Positions 48,297-61,817 of a stretch of DNA of 64,000 bases are shown piece by piece. This stretch comes from Raillietiella orientalis (lineage: Eukaryota), in assembly GCA_036172245.1 (NCBI GenBank), contig JAYWIR010000031.1:2480001-2544000 (forward strand), read 5' to 3'. A program made the translations under genes and the position numbers. The number at the start of each line of letters is the position of its first letter. The first letter of the stretch is position 1. The notes under the pieces were generated by a model. That model made no database searches. It saw only the letters and a program-made list of their open reading frames with translations, and was not told the DNA's origin.

Positions 48297-51200
48297 TCAT
48301 TTCACGTTGTTTTCAAGTCTCATGGTTTGCGGCCATGTGTACATCAAATCGGATCCATGGGCTTTGCGAAATGCGGGAAAGGAGGCATGAGGGCTTGTTT
48401 CAACCAAAATGGTACGGTTCTTGTTGCCGATTTTGCAGCGAAGGCGAGTGCCGATCGCTACAGGCAGCTGCTGCTTGTTGTAACTGTGTACAAAAGTTTA
48501 CCGCTGCCACCAACTCGAAAACAGTAAACCTACTTACGTGTAATATTGTGAGCACATGATCCCAATCAGTTCGCCAACACGATCTGTAAGCAAAGGTGTG
48601 TGCAAAGACATAACCAAGTCACCAGTGTTTTGCTCCATATGGATGATGACCAACTGATCCTGACCTGGACTGGCACTTATCCCTGTTACCTGTTAAAATG
48701 ATCAGAGAATCAAGCGATCTTCTTTCTTTCTCTTTCAACCTTGCTGAAGGAAATTCCTGGTTTGAGAGAATGGAACTTTCTCGAGTCCAGTTTATAAAGA
48801 AAACAATCTGTGATCAGAATGGCTCTTTCTGCACATCTGTTGTAATGATTGAATTTTCGTATAAGACCAGAGAATAGGATGCTGTGAAAATGTTCTGCCT
48901 TCTTCAGTTCATTGACGGAGGACAAGAAAGATGCGTACTCTGCATTCTCTTTAGGAAGTGCTAAATAATTGCCATGCCAATCTGATCCGTATCCCCAACA
49001 TAACCTGCGACCCTTGAGGGCATCGGCAGCAAAAACCTGTCGAAGAACATTCAAGATTAGAGATCCAGAGGGGGTTGACATTGCCTTCAAGCGCATTTCG
49101 GAGAGTTTGTCTTTGGGAAATTTGTTCAGAATCATATAAGCCCACCATCTTCGGTAAGCAGACTTCAAAAGACGAACCGTTGGAATAAGGAAAGCTGGTG
49201 GCAATGGCCATTTCAAAGATTTGCCGTAGTCAGGCATTTGGTGCACACCTCTGAAACAACATCGACCGTCTCGTGTTATCATTTCGACGAAAGCTTACCG
49301 GAACTTTCTGATCAGCTCTTCTATGTAGGACCGTAGTTTGTATTTTTTGTAATATGCTTCTATAGTTAAAGAGGCCAAGATCTTGCGATAACGAACTCTG
49401 CATAGCGTTCCTCTCCACATCTTCTGGAGCAAGGTCACGACGAAAGGTATCCTGTCCGAGCGCTCCTAGCACCCAAAAATAAGATCTTCATTTCCAAAAC
49501 ACATTCCGGTGCCTCACTTGCTCTAAGGCAAACACAGTCCGTGGAGAGCGGAAAAATATCTTCGTTCTTCCGTACTCTGTATCTTTCTCCATATTGCGCT
49601 CCTTAAGTATGGTTTGAACTCCGTACTTTTGCTCACCGTGGAAGACAGGCCAGGTTCTCTTAGAGAGCATCTTGTACCTGCAAACAGCAGTGCATCATTA
49701 GTTAAACGCAAGAGTTGTCAAGTACAATTAAGAATGAATGTTGCAGGAAATGAACCATCGTGGGAGATGATCTGCGAGAGCATCGTAAGCATTCTTAGGT
49801 ATTGAGGTGAGTAGGGCAAAAAGCTGCAAAAGTGGAAAGAGTTTCAAGATTCGACTGCCGGATGTGATGCAGAAAGAAAGCAGTCCCTCTTATTCAAGAG
49901 GGTCCCAGCTGAATGAGAGACAGCATTCCCAAATGCATCGCAGACGATCATGAAACGGGATCACCTCATACAAGTTGTAAGTAGACAAGCTCTCTGATTA
50001 ATTAGATATGAGCTAAGAAAGAAGCATGTAGCAGAATTCGAATGGAAATTGGCACCGTGATGAAATATCCCCACATCACAAAAGATATCGGTACAAAACT
50101 GAGTGATTTTTTAATGAGGAATACCCTGCTGAGTTTAGCAGCCATGGTTGAGAAAAACTTCAAAGGATGCATTAGAAAAGAAGAAGAATGAAAGAAGCCC
50201 ATGCAGGTTTGGTCCGCCTCTCGAGATACCGACCCGTGACATCGGGAAAAGGAAGCAGGAAAGCATATGGTGTAGTGTGACTTGAGAATATGCTGATTAC
50301 CTTTGCAAAAATCTCTCGTAACTCTGGCGGTAGGCAAAGCCTGCTCTTCGTACTCTCACATTCTCCAGTAATCCTAAATAATTCACCTGATGTATAACAC
50401 GCTCCTTGTTGAACAGCGAAGGCGATTTGTATTCATTCGGTTTTATGCAACGGATATAAAAGGGCTGCTTGGAAGCCAGGTTTCTGACCAAAGACATCAT
50501 TGAATTTTTGAAAAGAGTACCGGCTGTAAGCGGCCTCTTTGTGGTCTACAATCTGACTTCATAGCAATTTGTCCTATGATGCTTTACCTCAGTTTTTTCC
50601 ATGGCCCCTTCTGGCCACATAACACGAAGTTCTCCATTCTCAGAGTTGTACAAAAGTCTTTTAAAATCCTGGAACAGCATATCCTTGTTTTTGTCTAAGA
50701 ATCCTGTTATGTTGTATATGACGTCCCCAGCATAATGCCTGCAGAACATCTCTGAATAAGGATATTAATATGGACAAAACAGACTCTCACTTGATGCGGA
50801 ACTCAACTGAGTGCTTAACTTCTTTATCTGTGGGATTTGTCCTTCGACTGCTATAATGTTTGTGGGAACTTAACTTCTGGTCGAAAGATTCCAAAAGCAT
50901 CTGCATCCGTGAGAACACAGAATAGACTGTTGACCACTGACAACAAATGACAGGGTGGTTACCGTGTCCGTGACTTTGCCCACATTCAAGCACGCCTCGT
51001 CCATGATGGCCAGCATTCCTTTATGAGGCTGTTCCACAAGATCACAGATGATTTGGTTATTAAAATACTCGATCGGGGTCCAAGCTATTCCTTCCTTCTT
51101 GTACTCTTCTTGCTCTTGTTTCAAAACGAGTTCTAGGTGGAAGATAAAATTTCAGATGCATACTTTTCTTTCTTTTCTTCCTTCACAATAGTAAGGAACT

Positions 51201-54200
51201 ACCACAAATTGGAAAAAAAAAAAAAAAGCAAAATAAATTCCGAAACATTTTGAATCCAATCAGAGGTTAATCAATGCCATTTTCTCATGTGAAAGTATAA
51301 AATGGTTACAATGTATCAGTGTATAAAATGTTTGCAGTTTTTCTCAAAGTTCTCATTGATGGAGATTTCAGGCCATCCGTAATCGCATTCTCATTCTGCT
51401 GTGTACATACATATCTGACAAATAAGTGTAAACAAAATAGTGTGAACGTGAGAATTCCGATTGCCCTGTGTATGTGTTCACTGTTCGGACATTGAAATGT
51501 GCAGCCAGGACTGACTTTTAATGTTTTCAATAAAATTGCGCACCTTTTATTCTACTTGTTATCCTCATCATCGATGAAGATAGTAAATCTCTGTTGTTGA
51601 GTTTTCGCAGTGAAAAATGGATCTTCATTATTCCAGGCTGTTTCTCATTCCGGACTTTCATCAAACTGGGCAAGGACATAGGAAATAAATAGTCCATTTC
51701 TTATTCAATCATACCCAAAAGGATGATGGGAATTCCTTTGAGTTCTTTACTCTTTCGTTAGATTTCCTTCCAGCTTCTTCTCCTTTTCTTTTCTCGAGCT
51801 TTCTTCGATTTTCTAGAGTTGGCTACTCAAGAGCCGATCGCCTAAGGGTTCGCGAAGCTCCCTCAACAGTTCCATGTCATGCGGGGGGTGCGTGTTGATG
51901 ATGAACAAATTACTTAATTTTCTGTTGTGTCCGATTAAAAAATGATGAATTGCGAGCACAATTCGTATTTTCTCAAAGGCAAAGTGCAATTCCAAATTTC
52001 TTAAGTTAGGTTATCTTAGTTCTCTCCGTATCCGCCGTGGTACAGATCATAGGAGGCATCTGTGCTTACAAGAATCGAATCAGATGCTGTGAGAGATTCG
52101 CAAGGCATCACAGGGTAACATTCAAATGGAAATTGGAAGCCATGTTTTCAAAGAAACATACGTAAAAATTTCTGTTTGTAAACTCACCTAAAAAGATTGA
52201 ACTTGGAAAATACAATCGATCGTGGCTCCGCATCGCAGAGTGAGGACGAATTGCATTTTCCACTATTATGACACTCTTCTATAGAAATGATGGGTGTGCG
52301 ATATCAGTGCAGCACCGTTAGTACAGATCATATTCGTTCACTAGAAGGGTTCGTTGGAAATTGGAGTTAGGCAAAATTTACGAAGTACGTTTCCGCTGGA
52401 AGAGATTAAAAAGGGTTGGAGATAGGTGTTCGCTGCACGCAACTCTCGGATGGGCACACTCGTTCTGCTGATCTTCCTCAACATGGCACGACAACTTGAA
52501 GAGATGCAAGAACGCTTACGTGTTTTGTGGATATATGCCTCACGAAAGCCTTACCGGGGTCTACTTGATCGTATGTACGGCCACTGGACTTCCCAGCTTG
52601 GAATGAAACTCGTCAAGAAAGAGCTTGAGCTTCTTATGAATTAAGTGAAGATTCAGACCAAAGATCAATCGTCGAATTTGGATGACCCACAAAACGGTGC
52701 TCCGAAAATTTTGGTGAACGGAACGCACATGGAACACATTTCGAGATTCGAAACGACAGGATGATAAATATCGGAAATATTCCAAGGAAAATCACAAGGA
52801 AAATACAAGACTCAACCATTCCATCTTTAAAACACATCCCATTGAAATAGTAATACAAAGCAGAATTCAAAATTTCTTAGTCGATCCTTGGAAAAAATAC
52901 CGATCTTTACATAGGATCCTTGATGAGGATGTATCACGAAACACGCTTTTGTTTTCTTGTAGACACAAGCAGGATCTTTTCTTTCTTTTTTTCTTTTTTT
53001 CGATTTTCTAGAGTACCAATCAAAGTAATTTAAGAGCACTTTGATGAGCACAGAGATGACCGTAAACTCAGAGAGCAAGCAATTTCAGCATATAAAATAT
53101 GAATCGCTTATTTTGCCCCCAAACAAAAACAAAGTCAGCTCAGTAAAAAGGGAAAAAAAAGAAAAAAAAAGGTATCTTTTGATTCGTACGTTTCACCGAA
53201 AATGAAAATTTTTGGTGAAATACAAAGGCTAACTTGTGATCAGCAGCAAGCGATGCATAGCAAAAAAAAAAATGGCTTACCGATGAAAAGTTGCTGCAGT
53301 TTTTCATTGCAGTAATTTATGCAAAACTGCTCAAAACTATTATGCTCGAAGATCTCAAACCCGTAGATGTCCAGGACTCCAATGATAGTGTCTCCATGAG
53401 AATCACGATCGGAAGCATGAATGACATCGTTTATTTGAGAGACGATGTGAGTGAATAAACGATCGTAAATGGCCTGCAATAAAGGACTGAATGAAATGTG
53501 TACAGAACACTGGAAAGGTGATTTTCCATCGAAACAAGCGTTTAGAAAGTTGGACACGCTGGAAAGAAAGAACCGGCGGCTTCCGTCTGTACGACGTATG
53601 AAATCACGACGTACCATGGACAGGAACCCGAGGTTCATTTGGAAACGATTTAGCTCTAAATTATTTTCGAATCGAATCTTTGGAGAATGTGAATGAAGAC
53701 GCCATACGCGTCGAACTTCCGAAAACGGAAGGCGCCTTTTTCAAAAAGTCAAACCCGGCATTACAGATGCCCAGCGGAGAGCCGACAGAGTCCACTCAGC
53801 AGAAATGGACCTTTTAGATTCCTCGAAAAGTTAACATTCCCATAGCCTCAGAAACATCCAAGTCGCGATCCCGGCCCACGGGCATGGGAAGAGTTACCTT
53901 TGCAAATGCATCTTTGGCATAGTACGCCTCATTTAAAGTGTGCTCTTTCTCGACAATGTCTCCTCTTGCAGCAATAACTCTGGAGCACAAGGCCGTCGCA
54001 AGAGCATCCTCGCACACATCCAGGAGCAGGGACACCCAATGCAGTTCCTGCTCATTCTTTACGAGCGTTTTGTCATTTTCCGAAGCAAACTCTATGTTCC
54101 CCTGAAAAGAAAGCAAAACACTTGGCGGAACCAGTCAGCTGAAAGCACTTTTGGAAAAGGAATGCGGACGTGGATGCTCCACAGAGGAGGACTGGAAATC

Positions 54201-55849
54201 CCAGGAAGATGGAGGAAAACTCCAGAAAGATCGAAAGTGAAGTCTGGCGTCCCTCTCGCATTTCTTTCGTTCCGTAGGATAGCGAACGTATTTCTCGTGA
54301 ACGTAAAGGCCCATTAGGCAGTAACTCGAATTCGAGATCAAACAGGTCATTCCAACCTGTTTTTCTTTTTTTTTCTTCTTCTTCTTCTTATTATTATTCA
54401 GGCAAAAAATTCATGATTTGGTTCACCACAGGAGTCTTTTGCAAATACTAGCGATTGAAAATTAATCAATAAATTACTAATAGCGATTAGTCTTTCAGGC
54501 ACGCGAATCGTTTCTCTGGATGACCATCCGGAAGCACAGGGAGCACAATGAAATTTTTAAGTGCGGCCTGGAAAAATGAAATTTCGAGGTTGCTGTTTCA
54601 TGAGATTCGTAGAAGATGAGAATCCGATCGGTATGAAGAATGCGATCGTTCTGAAGAGCTCCAACACGAAGCAGAGAAGTCTTCGGGCAGATGCATATCA
54701 CGGATCTAACAGCGATCTAACAGAGCAGCGATTTTCATGAAAATCAACTCCTCCAACAGCGACTTCCACAAAAGTTCCAAAGACAGATAGGTGACGGCTA
54801 CATAAGAGACCAATTAGTAGTGATGCCTCAAGATCGATACTTCGTGTAAAGGTCATCATGGGAGGAAAAAAATTTCTTTTTCCTTCACTCTAGATGTGCC
54901 GATTTACAGAACAATTTGGGATCAGAGGAATGCTCTTTCACTGATTTTCCACTGTTTTCACTTCATACTACGTTCATTCTCGGAACACTATGGTCGGCAA
55001 TACATGGCCTTGAATTTCAAGAAAGTGTGACCACAACCAACAGCTTTGGAGGCCCCATGAACACACGCACAAATCAAATAGTAACAAGAACTTGGCGGGA
55101 AGTGAAATTCTAGAGCAGAGAATACCTGGTTCTAACCGAGGCGCCAGGAATTCGTTAACGGTAACCCCCCCCCCCCCAACAAAAAAAAAGGGGGGGGGAT
55201 TTTCTGAACAGAAAGCAAGGAATTCGTTAACGGTAAAACCAAAAAAAAAGGGGAGGTGGAATTTTCTGAACAGAAAGCAGGAAAACGAGAGAAATTCTCC
55301 AAATTCCTCAAATACTCATCCTTTTGACAAAACGAGGAACAACACAAAAGGCAAATGCAACACGGCGACACGGAGTTGAGAAACAAAAAGAGTATTCAAA
55401 AATGCGATCAAAGCTCAATGGGATGAAGCTGCGCAGCATCGCACGAAATCCACACCGCCCAGGGATTTCCGATCCGTTGCAACAAGTAGAGGGATTCTGC
55501 AGAGGTTTCCAAGAAACCTGAGACTCGTGACCGCGGAAACGAGGCAAGGTGCCCCGTTCTGAGGACTGCGATCGCTTCGATGGAAACGAACAAACATCTC
55601 CAGATCGACAAGTTGCATGGCTCTCGTAACACGTGAAACGACCGAAGAGAGCTGATTCATCTCTACATGAAATTTCGAAAAGGAAGCAGACTGAGAACTC
55701 CAGGCAAACAAACGTGGCTTGATAAATGCAAAATCCATAGAAAAAAAAAGAGAGAGAGAGAGAGAGAAAACGAAAGAAAAAAAAAGTCCTAGGCTATTTC
55801 TGCGGAATGACGCTGGACAAAGTAGCAACGAAATACACACACACGGGAA

Positions 55850-55884
<35 letters not shown>

Positions 55885-58800
55885 TTCATATTGAGAAAGT
55901 AAATATTTTGAATAATTTGGAAATTATGGTCTGCGGAATGGCACCAACTCACGTTAAAAACGCGCCATTGATTGAGATTGCCCATCGTCCGCAACAGCGG
56001 CGGATGAGCGAGAAGCACCCATCGCCAGAGGCTGTACAACGCAGGGATGTTCAGGGGTCGGAGGGGTGCTGGATGCTGAGGCACAGGGTAACCCGAAAGA
56101 AGGAAGCAAACGGAGTGCATACGACCGACCCGCGAAGTCAGCGACAGCACGAGGCACGTCGAAGGACAGCGAAATTAAGGTTGCGAAATGAGGACAATAC
56201 GAACCGAACACAGCAGAGAAATAAGGACAATAAGGTTGGAAGGAAAGGATGCCTGGAAACCGACAGCACGGATACTACGTCAATCCAGTTGATTTCACCA
56301 GTGATAAATGCTATCGATACAGTAATAGGAATAATATTAAAAAAAAAAAAAAGAAAAAAAGACAGTAGTGCCAAGCGCTACAAGAGTTGAAACAGCAGAT
56401 GTTTAAGGAACACTTGAAAATTACTGATTCGGGCTGCTTCTGCACGCTGTCTCACACATCCTAATAAGGCAACGATTCCGTGTAATTTTCGACATACATA
56501 TGTTGCATGGATTGTACATACGCGTACTGGAAACAGACTGAAATGACGGCTCACGAAACAGCGTGAAGACTCGATGATAACGAACAGATGCTAATGAAAA
56601 ACTGGCAAATTGTGGTCATAATTTTTACATCATTCGGAAATGTTGCCTCTTGATGTAAGGTACACAGTATACAGTTTGATTGTGACGCATAATTCCGTGA
56701 AGCACATTGAATCTCAAGAAGAATATTTTACTGACTGAAACAGACGGAAATCTGTCAATTCATTTTAATTTATTCGACTGGATTCATTCTATGCTGTGTA
56801 ATTTTAAAGAAATTTGGTTAGCTAAAACTAAGTAAATAAACGAAAAGCACTCTGTAGCACGGTGTTCCACAGTTCAATGGATAAGGGAATGGAAAGGAAA
56901 TACACCCAAATAAGTGAGGAAAACGAAGTCGGACATGTTAGACAGAATGACGTGCCTAATATGCATGTACGCAAATTATCCATTAAAATACTCAAAGGAC
57001 TATATGAACTTTACCTTCCTTCATGTAAAATGTTCATGACCTCGACTTACGATAGATTACGATGTATTCATCAACAGATCTTTATACTGCGTAAGACGCC
57101 ATTTGAAAACAACCGACTTCAATGAAAAGTACGAGCCTATACATGGCATACAATATTTCACACAGTACACGCTTTCACGGGTTTCGGTCACAGAAACCCG
57201 AGGATGGGGGCCAAAAGTCGAAAGAGGTGAACGCCACAACTCTGTTCTCGAATTGAAAACCACTCACGAGATGCAGGATGGCAGCAACTATGCGCCAGAT
57301 GGTGTCTGACAAGCAGGAAGAGAAATTGAGAACCCGGAAGGCACTCTGGACGGCTTTGTAGTTTGCACGGTCAGTCGATATGTCCGCAGGCAGACAGCTC
57401 CCCTTGCCCATGTAGGCAAATTTTGCGGGATCGTTCTTGAGGAATAGGCTCTCCAACTCCTTTTGGCTGGCACCGAACAGCATCTGCATAATCATACGAT
57501 CGATTGCAAAGGAAAATTCCGTTTTCTACCTGATAGAAAGAATGAAAATTCCTTTCACCTTGCTGCTGGGTTACCACCCTGGATTTCTCTAACAGATAAT
57601 TATTGATGTGACCGCCAACGGGGTCTCCTTTGAAGTCAAAGTTAATGTCCATGTACTTTCCAAATCTGGATGAGTTATCATTTCTGTTAGTTTTCGCATT
57701 GCCAAAGGACTCCAGGATTACGTTCGACTGAAGAAGCACATTTTTCACTCTAAAATGGGGATTGCAATAGATTGAAGCAGAAGTTTCAACAAATCCTTCA
57801 AAGCAGCTGAATAAAGAACTAAGAATGATGTTTGTGATCAAAGAAGAACCGATCAGGAACGAAAGCGATGGGTGCAAAACACAATTTCCAGTCATTCATT
57901 CCGGCCACATCATTAAAAGTAATTAATGCATATGGTGCTGGAAGGTTTGAGTTTTCCAACGTGTTTGCGAGGAGATGAAAAGTGAGTGACTTTCCTCCGT
58001 TTTCAAAACAGCGTTGTACACTCTCTGTTCTCTCACCTATGAAATGCATTTGAGACGTTGTGAATACCAGCGGCTTCTTATCTTTAAAATGCACCTTGCG
58101 GAAAAATGTCTGGGAACGTAAACATCCGAAACGCCTGGATTCGGTCGCATTTCTGGAACTTGCAGGGATTTTGAAAAATGCGGGTGAAGTTCATGGCCTT
58201 CACTAGGAAGGTGGTTTAAAACCGGCGCTAGAAGGTGGCTTGGAGGAGGTGAAAGTTAGAGAAAGAAATGCTCGACATCTTCAGGGATGGGATGCACTGA
58301 ATAAGATCAAATCAGCAAACTTAGGGAAAAGTCCCGATCTTGTTATGCAGTTATTTAAAAAAAAAAAATTTCATAAGACTGGTACATTCCTTTTGAATCT
58401 TTCGATCCAATTTTTTTATTTAAATTGAACTTCAAAATCCGACCGTTTTTAGGAAGCTACGAAATTATGTATCACTGAATTTAAATTATATTCCATCTGG
58501 CTAAAATCATAGGTTATGGGTAGACCCTATCGCAGAGCCGGAGTCACAAACGCACAGTAAGTGAATCGACCAGTGAATAAACCGACGGTTCAGTGGTTTT
58601 TTAATAAGTTTTATGCAACTCATGCTTAACATCAGTAAAACACACATATTCATTATTTATTGGAAATCCAGTCTTCAATGCGTGATTTCTTTTTTTTTTC
58701 ACATGTATATACATATACCAAAAATCAGCTTCAAGGCCTGCTCAAGAGAGACAGAATTACCCCTTCAAGGGGTGAACATAAATTGGGGTACTCGGAATTT

Positions 58801-61800
58801 TTCGGTGGAAGAAAAAAGAAAAAGGCAAATTAATCGGAATCCCTCCTAACGGTGGAAAACTTTAGTCGTTCCAATTAACGAGGTCACTATGCAAAGAAGG
58901 ATTCAAAAGTTTCGAGTGAACGAAACAAAAACTGAAAGCTCTTGAATAACGGGAAAAACAGCAACACCGATCTTTTAACATTGAAGAAAAAGGGAATGGA
59001 AACAGAAAAAAAAAAAAAACTAGGGAGCACAAGTCAATCGGGAGCATGCACAAAATGCAAATCGGTAAGAGGGCACGACAGGGCAAAGCAAATGATGATA
59101 GAGAAAGCATCCCATGAGAAAACAAATCATGGCAGGCGATCATTTCGGTCTAACTCTGAATTTGTTGATGGAATGTTTCTATCAAATATATAAGGGGATT
59201 GATCAAAATGCCAGAAAAATGCTTCCGGACCTTCTAGCATGGTTTGATAATTTCTCTCTTACCTGTACTGTGAATACGTTGTCGTGGTCGAGACTTTGCA
59301 AGTGTCCCCAATGTACTTATGTACAACTCGAAGGCTAAATTATTCGAAGCTTTCCAAAGACTCCGTCGTCTTTTATTTCAGCACAGAACTTCATGCAGAT
59401 GTTTTTAGATGCCCAAATGAAAAGACCGAAACTGCAATGCTGAATGCCTTGAGGATCGGTTTAGCAAGGAGAGATATGCAAATTAATGAGTAATCCATAC
59501 AGCTCTCTTTCATGATGTTTCTATTCGACAGGGGAAGGCAAAAGTTTCCAACTTGCATTACGATTCAATTTCCCTTAATCACAAAAAGGATCGATACGGT
59601 CATTCAGATACACGCAGACAGAATTATTTAAGTTAAAGGAATGGGCCGTAGGACTTTAGTCAAGTGGAGGGCTTTTCCGAGAAGTGTGCTTTCGTTCCGA
59701 ATGCACGGTTCCAGGATTACATATGGCATACCTCTAAGGCAGAATTATATATTAAAAGGAAACATTAATCATATATACTGTTAGCACTTTGTCGACAGAC
59801 TATGCTCCTCGAAGCACCAAGATTTACCAACTTACGGTAAATTCAAATAAATTCAGTTCAAAAAGTGGTTCCTGGAAAAGTCGTAATTGAAAAAAAATTC
59901 TAAACATTTCTAAAAAAAAAAAAAAAAAAAAAGTCTAAACTCTTCCATAAAGTAAGCAGGTAGAAAGCAAACCAAATTTTCACATGAGACAACATCGCAG
60001 GAAGAAGCAGTTTTCCAGGCCATGAATGGACTGCAATGAAGTTGGATGAATTTCGCTTCACAAGAATTCCCAGATATGAGGAAACAGGGAAGATCTATCT
60101 ATCCATAAACGGAATAAGAAAAGATAGTGTGACAAAGGATATTTGTAGACAGCAAATTCAAATTGCAACTCCAAGTTGATGGTCTACTCTACTTTGTTTT
60201 TCCTCCATCTATCTAGTTCATCTTGCAGAAAAAGCGTGCGTTTGAAGCTATTAGGAAGAAGAAAGCAAAAATTAAAGATAGAGTGAAGCTGATCTTTCAG
60301 TGAAAAGAAAACCGAAACGGTTGATTCAAAGAAACTACTCTGGTAATGGGAATGATTGCATGGACATCGTTTGTATTCATCATTTGTACACATCGTGCTT
60401 GTGAAATGCAGGTTCGCTCATGTCTGGATTCGAATTTTCAACTGAAGAATCTTCAAGGCCGTGGTGTGATGGAACCAAAAACGTGAGACAGAATGCATCA
60501 AGGGATTTGGTTAGCATGGACCGAAATGTATAAAATACGATTAAAGAAGAACCCTGGAAAGTGAAAAGGGAACAGAAAAATACGCAACAGCTGAAGAAGT
60601 GAAACAAGAGCGGAATGAAGTAGCGGAGGATCTCCTGAGAAGAGAAACTTGAAACCTGGGGACCATGGAGACTTTTTTCGCAAGCATTGTATCATTTTAT
60701 GCATCCTCCATCGTTGTATTAATGTGATGCACACCTAAATGATCTGAGAAGAATGAACTATGCACAAACGAACAATCTGGCATTTGACTGCATACATTCT
60801 TAACATACGCAGATGTACATACGTTAAGTACATTGATATGTACATACGTTAATTGAGCAAACTAAGATGAAGCGCGTAATGAAGCAGTAAACATGTCATT
60901 TGTAGATTTATTGAGGCGTTCCATCCATTTCGAGAAAGCCACAGGGGTTGCTTCAAAGAACGTTGAGAGATGAAGACAGACTCCGAAGCAGCTGTGGAAA
61001 TCAATTTGGTGACTCGCCCGATCACAGCTTGAAAGTTCGTGGAAGTCAGCAAATTAAGCGCATCAGAAAAAGCCCTCGTAGAAAACACACAGAAAGAACG
61101 CTTCTTAAGGAGTTCTGGTAAAGGGAGCTCAAGAGCTCTTTCGAGATTACACAGAGAGCAATCAGTTAATGCATGCGCCGAAAATTTTCAAAATCTCAAA
61201 ACAAACTGATCGAAATGACTAATTTGACTTGATGCTCTCGGCAGCAAGTGAAATTACACAAAAGAGGTATCTTTGTGCAGCAATGGCATTTTAAGATAAA
61301 TCTCTTAAGGGATGCAGGGACTACTTGGATTTCCCTTTGTTCATGGGACAAAAGATTGAAGAAATGGGATGACGGTTCAGAGAAAGGAAAGCGAATTACA
61401 AAGCATCCGAATGATGATCAGCACTTCGTTTTTCTAACATGGTTACGAGCAGGAATAATTTTTAGTTTCCAAGGAAACCAAGAGAAACCAAAAGGGGGCG
61501 GGGAAAAAAAAAAAAAAAAAACTCAAACAGAAAGATGCTTGCACAAATGGTGAAAAAAATAAAATAAAATGAGATAAAATTGATGTGGAGTGGGCAGTGA
61601 AACTGACCGTTCGATACCAACCGTTCGATTTCTATTTGCCCTGTAACATTGGTAATCGATGCAATGTACTTCATTATAATTTTTGAGGCTTCTGTTTTCC
61701 CACTGCCACTCTCTCCAGAAATCACAACGCACGTGTCTTGTCGGTAACGTTTCATCAACTTATAAGCAGCATCAGTCAATGCGAAAATGTGGGGAGGATG

Positions 61801-61817
61801 TTCGAACATTTCTCTTC
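48297..61817 (-). CDS. MYO1D: Unconventional class I myosin (Myo1D/G, hum-5-like; motor, IQ, TH1); 5' exons outside the window
   Basis: In-frame exons: 61817-61622 ([14 protein letters not shown]), 57749-57530 ([18 protein letters not shown]), 57483-57268, 54101-53898, 53473-53281 ([15 protein letters not shown]), 51132-50963, 50900-50791, 50738-50588 (HYAG), 50545-50301 ([14 protein letters not shown]), 49677-49518 (GRTKIF), 49465-49299 (IQ), 49250-49085, 49036-48740, 48689-48538, 48483-48297 (stop). Subclass assignment is by recall. Confidence 0.93.
52380..52800 (+). mobile_element. Possible RTE-like RT remnant in a myosin intron
   Basis: [16 protein letters not shown] and [19 protein letters not shown] resemble RT domains 5-7; very degraded. 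Confidence 0.3.
55147..55281 (+). repeat. Two-copy tandem repeat (~65-70 bp) with homopolymer runs
   Basis: aggaattcgttaacggtaa[C/A/G runs]attttctgaacagaaagca occurs twice. Confidence 0.85.
55748..55880 (+). repeat. (GA)n and (AC)n microsatellites
   Basis: agagagag.. at ~55749-55767 and acacac.. at ~55853-55880. Confidence 0.9.

Noticed and set aside
55147..55281. CRISPR-like repeat-spacer pattern
   Set aside because: Only two units with homopolymeric spacers, in a eukaryotic intron.
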